The translations under genes and the position numbers were made by a program. The notes beneath the pieces are model-generated. The model ran no database searches. It saw only the letters and a list, made by a program, of their open reading frames with translations, and was not told the origin of the DNA. DNA of 61,661 bases, the filler included, from Anaerolineae bacterium (GTDB lineage Bacteria > Chloroflexota > Anaerolineae > Epilineales > Epilineaceae), in NCBI GenBank assembly GCA_029262755.1. It is 4 parts of 4 records of this genome, joined end to end, with 100 filler letters (N's around TTAATTAATTAA, not from the genome) between each part and the next. Parts side by side here need not be neighbours in the genome. Positions count along the whole stretch, not along the records: positions 44,347 to 61,661 come from JAJCYU010000388.1; 3 more parts are not named here. One strand, given 5' to 3'. Position 1 is the stretch's first letter. Each line of letters begins with the position of its first letter. Below, in pieces: positions 48,757 to 57,286 of this stretch.

Positions 48757-49179
48757 CTACGCCAACTGCACATCCAACGTGATCTCACCCACGCTCGCCA
48801 GCGCCTTGCTGACCGGGCAGGCGGCCTTGGCTTGCGCGGCGAAGTCGGCGAGCTGGTCGCCGGTTAGATCCGGCACGTCCGCGACCGTGGCGAGCTCGAT
48901 GCGGTTGATCGTCGGGCCATCGCCGAGGTGGACGTTGGCGGTCGTCGCGATGCTGGTGGGCGTGTAGCCACCCTTTGTGAGCAGCGCGGAGAGGAACATC
49001 GAGAAGCAGCCCGCGTGGGCCGCACCGATCAACTCCTCGGGGTTCGTCGCGCTCGTGTCGTCGGCGAAGCGCGACGCCCACCGGAACGGGCCTTCGAAGC
49101 CGGCGCGTGGCAGCGACATCGTGCCGGCGCCTTCCTTGAGCGTTCCGTTCCAGCGGGCGTGTGAGGTCGTGACGGTCAT
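48757..49179 (-). CDS. osmC: OsmC-family peroxiredoxin
   Basis: 'WNGTLKEG.G', 'TNPEELIGAAHAGCFSM', 'AKAACPVSKAL'. Confidence 0.95.
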   Translation of the reverse strand: MTVTTSHARWNGTLKEGAGTMSLPRAGFEGPFRWASRFADDTSATNPEELIGAAHAGCFSMFLSALLTKGGYTPTSIATTANVHLGDGPTINRIELATVADVPDLTGDQLADFAAQAKAACPVSKALASVGEITLDVQLA

Positions 49180-49601
49180 GGTGCCTCCAGGGCGTTCGTA
49201 CTCGGTTGCACTGAACCTTCAATGCGCCCGCGCACTTGGTGGGGGCGGCGGCAGGATGGCCGCCCGCGTCCGTGCACCGCGATGATTCGAGGTCGCGGGT
49301 CGCTCCTCATGGGGGAGCGGGCCGAAGGGTAGAACCGGGCGCGCCTGGTCCGAAATATCAGCGCATGCCCGTGTTGTCGATCGTCGCGCTATCCTTTGCA
49401 CACTGCAGCGCCCGGGTGGAGGCTAGCGACACCACGCTCCCCGGCGCCTTTTACGCAGCGCACGCACACGCTCCTCGTGTTTGGAACGCCTCGTCCAACC
49501 CCCTCGAAGCGCACCCTTTTCTTGGGTTGCCTAGCTCGAGTCGTGCGCCGAACAAACACTGCCCGTTCCCAATTCGGAACCGGGCCACGAGGTTTCTCCA
49601 C

Positions 49602-51731
49602 ATGACTACCACCTTCGCCGATCTCGGCGTTCCTTCCGAGATCCTGGACGTTCTGCGCGCCCAGGGCTTCGACACACCCTTCGACATCCAGATCAGCACG
49701 ATTCCCGACGCTCTCGCCGGACGCGACGTCTGCGGGCGCGCGGCAACCGGCTCCGGCAAGACCCTCGCATTCGGCATTCCGCTCGCAGCGCTCGTCGGCA
49801 AAGCCCGGCCTCATTATCCGCGTGCGCTCGTGTTGGCGCCGACGCGCGAGCTGGCCGAGCAGATCCGCGAAGTCCTCGCGCCGCTTGCCCGAGCTCGCGG
49901 CCGCAAGGTCACCGCGATCTACGGCGGCGTGGGCTACGGAGACCAACGCAAGGCGCTGCGCAAAGCGGTCGATATTCTCGTCGCGTGCCCTGGCAGGCTG
50001 ACCGACCTCATCCAACAGGGCGATGTACATCTAGCCGAGGTCGAGCATGTCGTCATCGACGAAGCCGACCGCATGGCGGACATGGGCTTCCTGCCGGAGG
50101 TCCGAAGGCTGCTCGATCGCACGGCCAAGAACCGGCAAACGGTCCTCTTCTCCGCCACCCTCGACGATGAGGTGGCCGTGATCACGCGCAACTACCAGCG
50201 CGATCCGGTCGTTCACCAGGTCGGCGAGGTCGAGCCGGACATCCACTCCGCCCAGCATCATTTCTGGAAGGTGCACCGCGAAGAGCGCCTGAACACGGCC
50301 TTCGACGTCGTGATCGCCTTTGAACGCACGATTGTGTTCAGCCGAACGCGACGCGGCGCCGATCGGATCGCCAAGCGCTTCAACCGCTACGGGAACGTGG
50401 CGGCGCCGATCCACGGGGCGCGCACGCAAGGGCAGCGCAACCGCGCGCTCGAAGCCTTCTCTACCGGCAAGGTCCGAGCGCTCGTCGCAACGGACGTCGC
50501 GGCCCGCGGCATCCACATCGACGGCGTAGATTGCGTCCTGCACTTCGACATCCCCGGCGACGAGAAGGCCTACCTGCACCGCTCCGGCCGCACGGCGCGC
50601 GCCGGTGAGACGGGCGTCGTTGTCAGCCTGATCCTCGACGATCAGCTCGACGACCTCTACGACATCCAGTCTGCGCTCGACCTATGGGGCCCACTCGTCG
50701 AGCCGAAACCGAAGCAGCTCCTGGACGCCCACGGCGACCCAACACCCGCACCGATGGGCGAAGCGCCGGCAGGCGGACGCCGCCGAAGCGGCTCGGGAGG
50801 CGGTGCGAAGGGGAAGAAGGGCAGGGGCCGACCGTCGCGCGGTGGTGGCGGTCGCCCGCAGGCCCGCTCACGCTCGGGCAACGCCGAACGCAATCACCGG
50901 GGGCGCCCGCCCGCCGGTCGCAATGCGGACAGCCCCGATCAAGGCGGCCGCGGCCAAAGCGACACGGCCCGTGACCGTGCGAGCGATACCGACCGCACTT
51001 CGAGCAACGACCGCACACCCAACAACAACCGTGACCGTACCCCCTCCACACCCAGCAACGAGCGTACTCCCAACAACAACCGCGACCGCGACCGTGCGCG
51101 CAGCAACGATCGCAACCGCACCCGCGGCAACGGTCGCACGCGCGATAACGAACGCAGTCGCGACAACGACCGACAAAGTCGCACGCGCGATAACGAACGC
51201 AGTCGCGACAACGATCAAGATCGCACGCGCGACAACGACCGGACCCGCGCCCGCCACGAGCGCCCGGCCCGCGGGGATCGAGCCACCGACGATCGCGGGG
51301 CCGGTGGTTCCACCGGTCGCGATGCGTCCGAAGAGCGCAGCGGCTCTGGCGAGTCCGGCGGCTCGAGGCGCGGGAGCGGCCGTCGCGGCGGTTCGAAGCA
51401 CGGCGGAGGATCGCAAGGCGGCAACCCGTCCGGAGCTTCGAAGGGCCGGCGCCGTCGACCGCGTCGAAAGAAGAACACGGGCGCAGCCGGCGGGCAGGGC
51501 TCGACAGGGGATGGTGCGACCAGAGGCTCGACCGGCGACGGTGCGACCGCAGGTAGCGGGGGCAAGAAGCGAAAGAGCCATCGAGGTCGCGGCGGAAACG
51601 GTTCGGGCCCGCGAAACGGTCCGAACACCACCGGTGGTGGCTCGACGGAGGGCAACGGCGGAGCTAAGGAAGGCGGCGGCGGCTCGTCCAAGCGTCCTCG
51701 GCACCGGCGACGCTCTACACCGGAGTCGTAG
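49602..51731 (+). CDS. DEAD-box RNA helicase with long Arg/Gly/Asp low-complexity tail
   Basis: Q motif 'FADLG..PFDIQ', 'ATGSGKT', 'PTRELA', 'DEAD', 'SAT', 'ARGI', 'HRSGRTAR'; start at ATG 49602. Confidence 0.96.
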   Translation: MTTTFADLGVPSEILDVLRAQGFDTPFDIQISTIPDALAGRDVCGRAATGSGKTLAFGIPLAALVGKARPHYPRALVLAPTRELAEQIREVLAPLARARGRKVTAIYGGVGYGDQRKALRKAVDILVACPGRLTDLIQQGDVHLAEVEHVVIDEADRMADMGFLPEVRRLLDRTAKNRQTVLFSATLDDEVAVITRNYQRDPVVHQVGEVEPDIHSAQHHFWKVHREERLNTAFDVVIAFERTIVFSRTRRGADRIAKRFNRYGNVAAPIHGARTQGQRNRALEAFSTGKVRALVATDVAARGIHIDGVDCVLHFDIPGDEKAYLHRSGRTARAGETGVVVSLILDDQLDDLYDIQSALDLWGPLVEPKPKQLLDAHGDPTPAPMGEAPAGGRRRSGSGGGAKGKKGRGRPSRGGGGRPQARSRSGNAERNHRGRPPAGRNADSPDQGGRGQSDTARDRASDTDRTSSNDRTPNNNRDRTPSTPSNERTPNNNRDRDRARSNDRNRTRGNGRTRDNERSRDNDRQSRTRDNERSRDNDQDRTRDNDRTRARHERPARGDRATDDRGAGGSTGRDASEERSGSGESGGSRRGSGRRGGSKHGGGSQGGNPSGASKGRRRRPRRKKNTGAAGGQGSTGDGATRGSTGDGATAGSGGKKRKSHRGRGGNGSGPRNGPNTTGGGSTEGNGGAKEGGGGSSKRPRHRRRSTPES

Positions 51732-51781
51732 CGGGCGAACCTCAGTCACGCAAGCGTCCATGCCGCACCCGAAACAAACCG

Positions 51782-51811
51782 ATGGCGAGCACGGTTCCCC
51801 GTGCTCGCCAT
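51782..51811. terminator. Bidirectional terminator
   Basis: 13-bp stem atggcgagcacgg / ccgtgctcgccat flanked by acaaac and cgtttgt. Confidence 0.8.
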
Positions 51812-51838
51812 TCGTTTGTCGATACCCACCCTTCTCGG

Positions 51839-52042
51839 CTACCCGGCCGCCGCTTCCGGATCGAAAATCTCCTCGATGGCCAGCTCGAAGAGCGCGGCGA
51901 TCCGAAACGCGAGCGGCAGGCTGGGATCGTGCTTGCCCTTCTCGATCGCGTTGACGGTCTGGCGCGAGACGTCGAGCTCGGTGGCCAGCTGCGCCTGCGT
52001 CCAATCGCGTTCGGCGCGTAAAACCTTGAGCCGGTTCTTCAT
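51839..52042 (-). CDS. XRE/Cro-C1 HTH transcriptional regulator
   Basis: 'MKNRLKVLRAERDWTQAQLA..LDVSRQTVNAIEKGK.DPSLPLAF'; ATGA-coupled to upstream gene. Confidence 0.95.
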   Translation of the reverse strand: MKNRLKVLRAERDWTQAQLATELDVSRQTVNAIEKGKHDPSLPLAFRIAALFELAIEEIFDPEAAAG

Positions 52043-52476
52043 GCGTAGTGCCGGCGACCCGCTAGCACGCCGAAGACGTAGGCGCCGATCATCGCCATGA
52101 TGGGGACTTCGGACCAAGCATCCACCGGTACGCCTAGCCTGCCAAGCAGAGTGTATGCCGGCCAGATCGCGAATCCGGCCCCCACGGCCAGGGCCAGCGC
52201 TCTCAGCTCGATGGCGCGTACCAGCTCATCGGCTTCGCGCAGAAAGCGCATATACGCCAACGCCGCGATGATGCCGAACGCCGAGGGCATCAGCGCCACG
52301 AGCCAACCGAGCGCACCGCCTCGCACGACCTCGTTCGTGATGACGAACGTAGCGCCGAGAAACACAAGCATCCAGACGAAGAGCAGGACGGTGTAGCGGT
52401 TCACGTTACTCTGGTCGCTTGGCGTGAGCTGGCCGCGGCAAATGTCGATGAAGGTCCGACGTCGGGTCTCGGTCAT
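52039..52476 (-). CDS. Four-TM membrane protein co-transcribed with XRE regulator
   Basis: Hydrophobic helices; 'DEL.RAI..RAL' motif. Confidence 0.8.
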   Translation of the reverse strand: MTETRRRTFIDICRGQLTPSDQSNVNRYTVLLFVWMLVFLGATFVITNEVVRGGALGWLVALMPSAFGIIAALAYMRFLREADELVRAIELRALALAVGAGFAIWPAYTLLGRLGVPVDAWSEVPIMAMIGAYVFGVLAGRRHYA

Positions 52477-52560
52477 GGAAAACGTCCTTTACTGGATGTA
52501 CAGGATACTTGACTATGCGCAGTGTACGGACTTCGCGACAAGATGTCAAGCATAGTTTAC
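52477..52560 (-). promoter_or_regulatory. Sigma70 promoter with three imperfect palindromic operators
   Basis: TTGACA(52549-44)-N17-TACACT(52526-21); GTMAAG-N4-CTTKAC-like boxes at 52477-92, 52498-513, 52545-60. Confidence 0.8.
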
Positions 52561-52886
52561 ATAGCTCAAGAATTTTCCTGCCTACATCCAGTCGCCGCCG
52601 CCTCCGCCGCAACGGCCTCCGCGTCCGTCGCAATGACGGCGCTCGGCGCGCCGACACGTAGCGGTGCCGTAACGGTCGTCCGATACCTTCCGAGCACAAA
52701 CGACGACGCCGCATCCACCCTCGGAGTCTATGCTCGCGGTCTCGGACAATCGTCAAACGCGTCCGACCCCGCAGGAAATCTTGCGCCCGCCTTCCGCCCG
52801 CCGGATAATTAAGGCCCGGTGACGCTCGCACGCGCGGCGTTACGGCCCCCCAACCTGCAGGACCGACCCGAGGTATTGATTCCCCT

Positions 52887-53963
52887 ATGCGTTTTGTGCT
52901 GCTGCTGTGTGCCCTGATTCCATTCTTCGCCATCGCCGCCTGTGAAGCCCAACCCGAGCCAACTTCCGAACCCGCGCCGGCCACGGCCGTTGCGCCGGAG
53001 CCCGCCGTGGAGCCGTCGCCCGTCGTGATCGGCACCGCGCCCGGCCGTGATGCGCCGGCCGACCCGGTGGTGGTGTCCGACCTGACCCTCGGTGTGCCCG
53101 GTGCGTATACGAACCTCACCTACGGCTACCAGCTGCGCTACCCGGAGAATTGGTTCACGGGCTTCGGCAACCGCCCTATCTTGGCCAGCTTCAGCGACCT
53201 GGACCCCGGCCTCCACAACCGCGACAGCATGCGTGCGGGCGGGTGCCTCGTGGAGGTGTCGACGTCGACGAACGTCTTCGACCTCTCGCTGGTCGACGTC
53301 GTGGCGCAGATGCCGCGCAGCTTCCCGGACGCCGAGCTCTTCTCGCTGGACGACGCCCCGGCCGTGCGCAGTCGCCGCAGCGCCGATGACGGCGCCGGTG
53401 GCGAGCGCGTACAGGTCGCGCACGGCGACCAACTCTTCAACCTCACCCTGGACCACGCCCCCGACGCGGCCGAACGCTGCGGCGAAGCGTGGCAGACGCT
53501 GCTCGACAGTTGGACGTGGATCGAGCCGCAGCTCACCGTGTATCGCAACCCGGAGCGCGGATTCGCGGTGTCGTACCCGAATAGCTTTAGCAGCCTGAGC
53601 GAGTCCGAGGACGGTCTGCAGGTCAGCAGTGAGGTCCCCGCCGAAGGCGAAGGGGCTACAGCGTTGTCGCGCCGAGGCATGGTGCTTTCCACGCAGTTCT
53701 TCGCCAATGAGAGCAACCTCCCGCTCAAGGAGTGGTTGGCCGCCAACACGGATGGCGCGGGTCGCACAAACGACATCCCGCTCGACACATTGATCGGCGT
53801 CCGAACGATGCGTGAAGGCGCGGAATTGGGGACCCAGGAGATGGTCGGTACCTATCAGGGCCCGGAAGGCAACATCATCGTGGTCACCTGTGCCTATCCC
53901 CTCGATCGGCAGTGGGAGTTCCGCCCCATCGCCAACGCGGTGCTCTACAGCTTCAATTTTTAG
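52887..53963 (+). CDS. Lipoprotein with two PsbP/Mog1-like domains
   Basis: Lipobox 'IAAC'; 'YTN..YGYQLRYPENW' and 'YRN..GFAVSYP' repeats ending 'LLDSW' / 'VLYSF'. Confidence 0.75.
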   Translation: MRFVLLLCALIPFFAIAACEAQPEPTSEPAPATAVAPEPAVEPSPVVIGTAPGRDAPADPVVVSDLTLGVPGAYTNLTYGYQLRYPENWFTGFGNRPILASFSDLDPGLHNRDSMRAGGCLVEVSTSTNVFDLSLVDVVAQMPRSFPDAELFSLDDAPAVRSRRSADDGAGGERVQVAHGDQLFNLTLDHAPDAAERCGEAWQTLLDSWTWIEPQLTVYRNPERGFAVSYPNSFSSLSESEDGLQVSSEVPAEGEGATALSRRGMVLSTQFFANESNLPLKEWLAANTDGAGRTNDIPLDTLIGVRTMREGAELGTQEMVGTYQGPEGNIIVVTCAYPLDRQWEFRPIANAVLYSFNF

Positions 53964-54031
53964 GCTTCGATTCGAAGCTTGATTCGAACGTCGAGGACGG
54001 CGCTCGCGCGGCGCTGAATCGCGAAACACTC

Positions 54032-54070
54032 CCGGCCCCCCGTAACGGCAGCCACCGTACGGGGGGTCGG
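54032..54070 (+). terminator. Hairpin after lipoprotein gene
   Basis: ccggccccccgta ... tacggggggtcgg stem. Confidence 0.55.
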
Positions 54071-54104
54071 TGCGTTGGCGGTGGATTCGCAACGCGCGCG
54101 GCCC

Positions 54105-54159
54105 CGCAATAGCCCATGTGACACGTGTCACACGGGCTATTGCGCGTTGGTGGTACACT
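54105..54159 (+). promoter_or_regulatory. CRP-box-centred 40-bp palindrome plus extended -10
   Basis: TGTGA-cacgtg-TCACA at 54117-54132; TGG-TACACT at 54151-54159. Confidence 0.8.
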
Positions 54160-54305
54160 GCATCGAAGGTCCACGCCCAATGGTGTGTCGTCGGCGGTCC
54201 AACCGTGCGAGACGCATCCATCGATTCCACAACTAGGACTCGCAGGACTGCTGACGTCCGGGCCATCGGGGGAGATGGAACGGCGCTCGGCATGGGGAGA
54301 ACATC

Positions 54306-55244
54306 GTGATCCATATCCATGACCCCCTGCCTCCGGCGCAAGCCGGAAGTTCGGCGCGCGCGCCCGAGCAAACCGCTACGCCGCCCACCTTGGCGCCGAA
54401 ACCCGCCGCACCGCCAAAGATCATCCCGAATCATCGCCGCGCGCACGCCTCACGCGTCGACACGGCGCTCCTCGAGATCCGCTGCCTCGGCGCTTTCGAG
54501 GTCCATTGCGCCGGCGTGGCGATCCCCTTGCATCGCCATGTGCGTGCCCAATCCGTCCTGAAGTTCCTCAGCCTGCATCGCGAGTCCCTCATCCAACGGG
54601 AGGTGCTCGTCGAGGCCATCTGGCCCGACGTCCCGCTGAGCGCGGGGCTCGATTCGCTCAACACCGCCGTGTCCACCCTTCGCAAGGAACTCGGTTGCGG
54701 CAAACGATCGTCTGCCCGGCCGCTCGTGCGCTACCGCGACGGCTGCTACGAGCTCGCTCCGGACGTGGCTGTCTCGCTCGACCTCGACACCTTCGAGCGC
54801 GCGGCAGCGGACGGGCTACGTGCGGATCGCGTACGGTCCCACGGCACCGACCTCGCGCCCACGATCCTCGCCTTCGAGGACGCCGTACGCGCGTATCGCG
54901 GCGACCTGCTGCCGAGCGACCTGTACGCGGAATGGACGATCATGGAGCGCGAGCGCCTGCTCTCTCTCTATCTGACCATCCTGGGCCGCCTGAGCGCGCT
55001 ACTCGTCTCGACCGGCCGCTTTGCCGCGGCGATCGACACCGGCTTCCAGCTACTCCAACGTGACCCGTGCCGCGAGGACGTTCACCGCCTCATCATGCGG
55101 AGCTACAGCCGCATGGGGCAGCGTTCCCGCGCGTTGCGTCACTTCGGATTTTGCACCGCGAGTCTGCGCGAGCACCTCGGCATCGAGCCCGATGCCGCGC
55201 TCGTTGCGCTCCACGGTGCGATCGCGAGCGGTGAGTCGGTGTAG
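54306..55244 (+). CDS. Stand-alone SARP-like regulator (winged HTH + BTAD)
   Basis: 'IRCLGAFEV', 'REVLVEAIWPD', 'VSTLRKEL', 'DLDTFE', 'YRGDLL', 'DPCRE..HR.IM..Y...G.R..AL', 'LGIEP'. Confidence 0.92.
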   Translation: MIHIHDPLPPAQAGSSARAPEQTATPPTLAPKPAAPPKIIPNHRRAHASRVDTALLEIRCLGAFEVHCAGVAIPLHRHVRAQSVLKFLSLHRESLIQREVLVEAIWPDVPLSAGLDSLNTAVSTLRKELGCGKRSSARPLVRYRDGCYELAPDVAVSLDLDTFERAAADGLRADRVRSHGTDLAPTILAFEDAVRAYRGDLLPSDLYAEWTIMERERLLSLYLTILGRLSALLVSTGRFAAAIDTGFQLLQRDPCREDVHRLIMRSYSRMGQRSRALRHFGFCTASLREHLGIEPDAALVALHGAIASGESV

Positions 55245-55774
55245 ACACGGTTCCCGCGGTCGGGTTTTGTCGGGTCGCAGACTCGGACCGCATGGGCTCG
55301 CTGCGACATCGACATCCCCCTGCGCATCCGCCCGACTCACCCCTCCGCCACGTTCCGCACATAGGCGCGCATCGCGTTCACGAGCTCATCCCAGCTTCGA
55401 AAGCGCGCTACCGTCCGCCCGTGCGCATCCAGCACGACGCCTCCCCGCAGCGCGCCGTCTTCCGCTACCAGAAGCCGCACTCCGCAGCTTGTGTAGCGAA
55501 CACGTTCCTCCGGCGTTCCTGCGCCCGGCTCCTGCACGCGACCTCCGTGATCCGCTGGGCCCGGCGTGTCCCCCCGGTGGACCCGTTCCGACGAACGAAG
55601 TGCTCGTCTAGGGGTAGTGAACCCGAGCACGACGTGGGGCGAGGAAGCGAGGGTCGAGGGATGGGGAAAGCACAGGGAAACCGGGCAACCACATTCGCCA
55701 CATCGCCCAAGCGATCTGGGGTACATTGTTTCCATCCGTACACCTCCCCCCACCACGACATCGAGGAGCCACCC

Positions 55775-56980
55775 ATGTCCTTCACTCCGGACGAATGGTC
55801 GGCAATCCGCGAACGGCTCGCCGCCGATCCCGTGCGCTACGGGCTTCCGACGCGCGTATACGGCTCCGCGATCGCGGGCTCGTTCAACATCCGCAAACTC
55901 GGCGCCGTCGCGAAGCGGGACGAGGACACGTGGCGCTTTCTGGCCGGTCTCTGCAAGCACTTCGATCTGCTGGCCATCCAGGAGGTCATGACCGACACCG
56001 AGGGCGTCGAGCACATCGTCGACCGCATTGGCGACGACTTCGGGCTGATCGTCTCGGACACGACCGGCACGTTCCCCAACGATCCCGGCCTCGACGAGCG
56101 CCTGGCCTTCATCTACAACCGCAGCGTAGTGCGCCGACGAGGCGTGGTCACCGACGTCTCCTGGGACCGCACAAAGGTGCTCCAGACGCTCGCGGAGAAT
56201 CTCGACGACTTCCACGATGCGCTCGCGCCGCTCGCCGGCCAAGGCGGCGCGGAAACCGGGGTGACGGCCGGCGACATCGGGCGGACGAAGATGCCGACCT
56301 TTCTGGCCTTCATCCGCACCCCCTTCGGAGTCGAGTTCGAGCTCTTCGGCCACCCCGGCTCCGAGCGCTTCCACTTCATGGCCGTCAACGCCCACTTGAA
56401 CTTCGGCTCCTTCATCACGGACCGGCGCCAGGAGTTCGAAGCTCTGCTCGATTGGCTCGTCGCAACCGTTCACAAAAGCGACCGGAGCCGCTCGCGCAAC
56501 CTGTTGCTGCTAGCCGACCTGAACCTGGACTTCGACAACCCGGTCGGCGACCGGCCGCGCATCATCGACCGCATCCTCCACCTCAACAAGCAAGCGGGCG
56601 ATGCCGTGGACGTGCTCTTCCCGCTGCTCGACCCGCACCCGCGCTCCGGGCAACTACTGGCCGAAGCGGGCGAGCCGATGCGCACGAATGCTCGTATCAG
56701 CGAGACCTTCGACCAGATCGGCATTTTCTCCCGCGACCCACGCCTCGACGCCCGCCTCGCGGTCGCGGAGATGGGCAAGCACGAACGCGGCCCCGACTAC
56801 GGCGTCATCGACTTCGCCAACCTCTTCGCCGAGGCCATCCACGGCCACGCCATGGACGCCTTCGCGAGCGCGTCCGAGCGCGCCGCGTTCATCGCCCGCT
56901 TCGAACATACGGTCAGCGACCACCTTCCGGTGTGGTTCCGCTTCCGCCTGCCGGAGGTGAAGGAGGGGCTTGGGACGTGA
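55775..56980 (+). CDS. Endonuclease/exonuclease/phosphatase (DNase I-like) protein
   Basis: 'SFNI', 'DLLAIQE', 'N.HL', 'ADLN', 'FDQI', 'SDHLP'; GAGGAG RBS at ATG 55775. Confidence 0.9.
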   Translation: MSFTPDEWSAIRERLAADPVRYGLPTRVYGSAIAGSFNIRKLGAVAKRDEDTWRFLAGLCKHFDLLAIQEVMTDTEGVEHIVDRIGDDFGLIVSDTTGTFPNDPGLDERLAFIYNRSVVRRRGVVTDVSWDRTKVLQTLAENLDDFHDALAPLAGQGGAETGVTAGDIGRTKMPTFLAFIRTPFGVEFELFGHPGSERFHFMAVNAHLNFGSFITDRRQEFEALLDWLVATVHKSDRSRSRNLLLLADLNLDFDNPVGDRPRIIDRILHLNKQAGDAVDVLFPLLDPHPRSGQLLAEAGEPMRTNARISETFDQIGIFSRDPRLDARLAVAEMGKHERGPDYGVIDFANLFAEAIHGHAMDAFASASERAAFIARFEHTVSDHLPVWFRFRLPEVKEGLGT

Positions 56981-57004
56981 GGGGCGTGAGGGGCGTGAGG
57001 GGCG
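56976..57004. repeat. 9-bp tandem repeat (cgtgagggg x3) over the stop codon
   Basis: cgtgaggggcgtgaggggcgtgaggggc. Confidence 0.75.
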
Positions 57005-57286
57005 GGCGACGGTAGGGGCGGCGCAGCTTCCGCTGCAGTAGCCCGACCAGCCCACACCGGTCGCCACGGTAGATCCACGCGCTGCGTTCCGCACCCGGAT
57101 TTCCGCACCCGACTTCCGCGTTCCACCGTCCCCTGGACGCTGCAGTCCGTGTCCCTGTACGCAAGCCGTTCCATCGGCTGCTCCCCAAAACAAACACCAG
57201 TGTATTGACCACTGGTGCCGCAACCTCGAGAGGGCTTGGGCGCATCGCGTCCCGGCCAACCTGAGGGAACCTTGGGAGGTTTTCCG

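Noticed and set aside
57087..57162. Short repeats ttccgcacccg x2 and ccctg(g/t)acgc x2
   Set aside because: Too short and irregular in GC-rich DNA to distinguish from chance.
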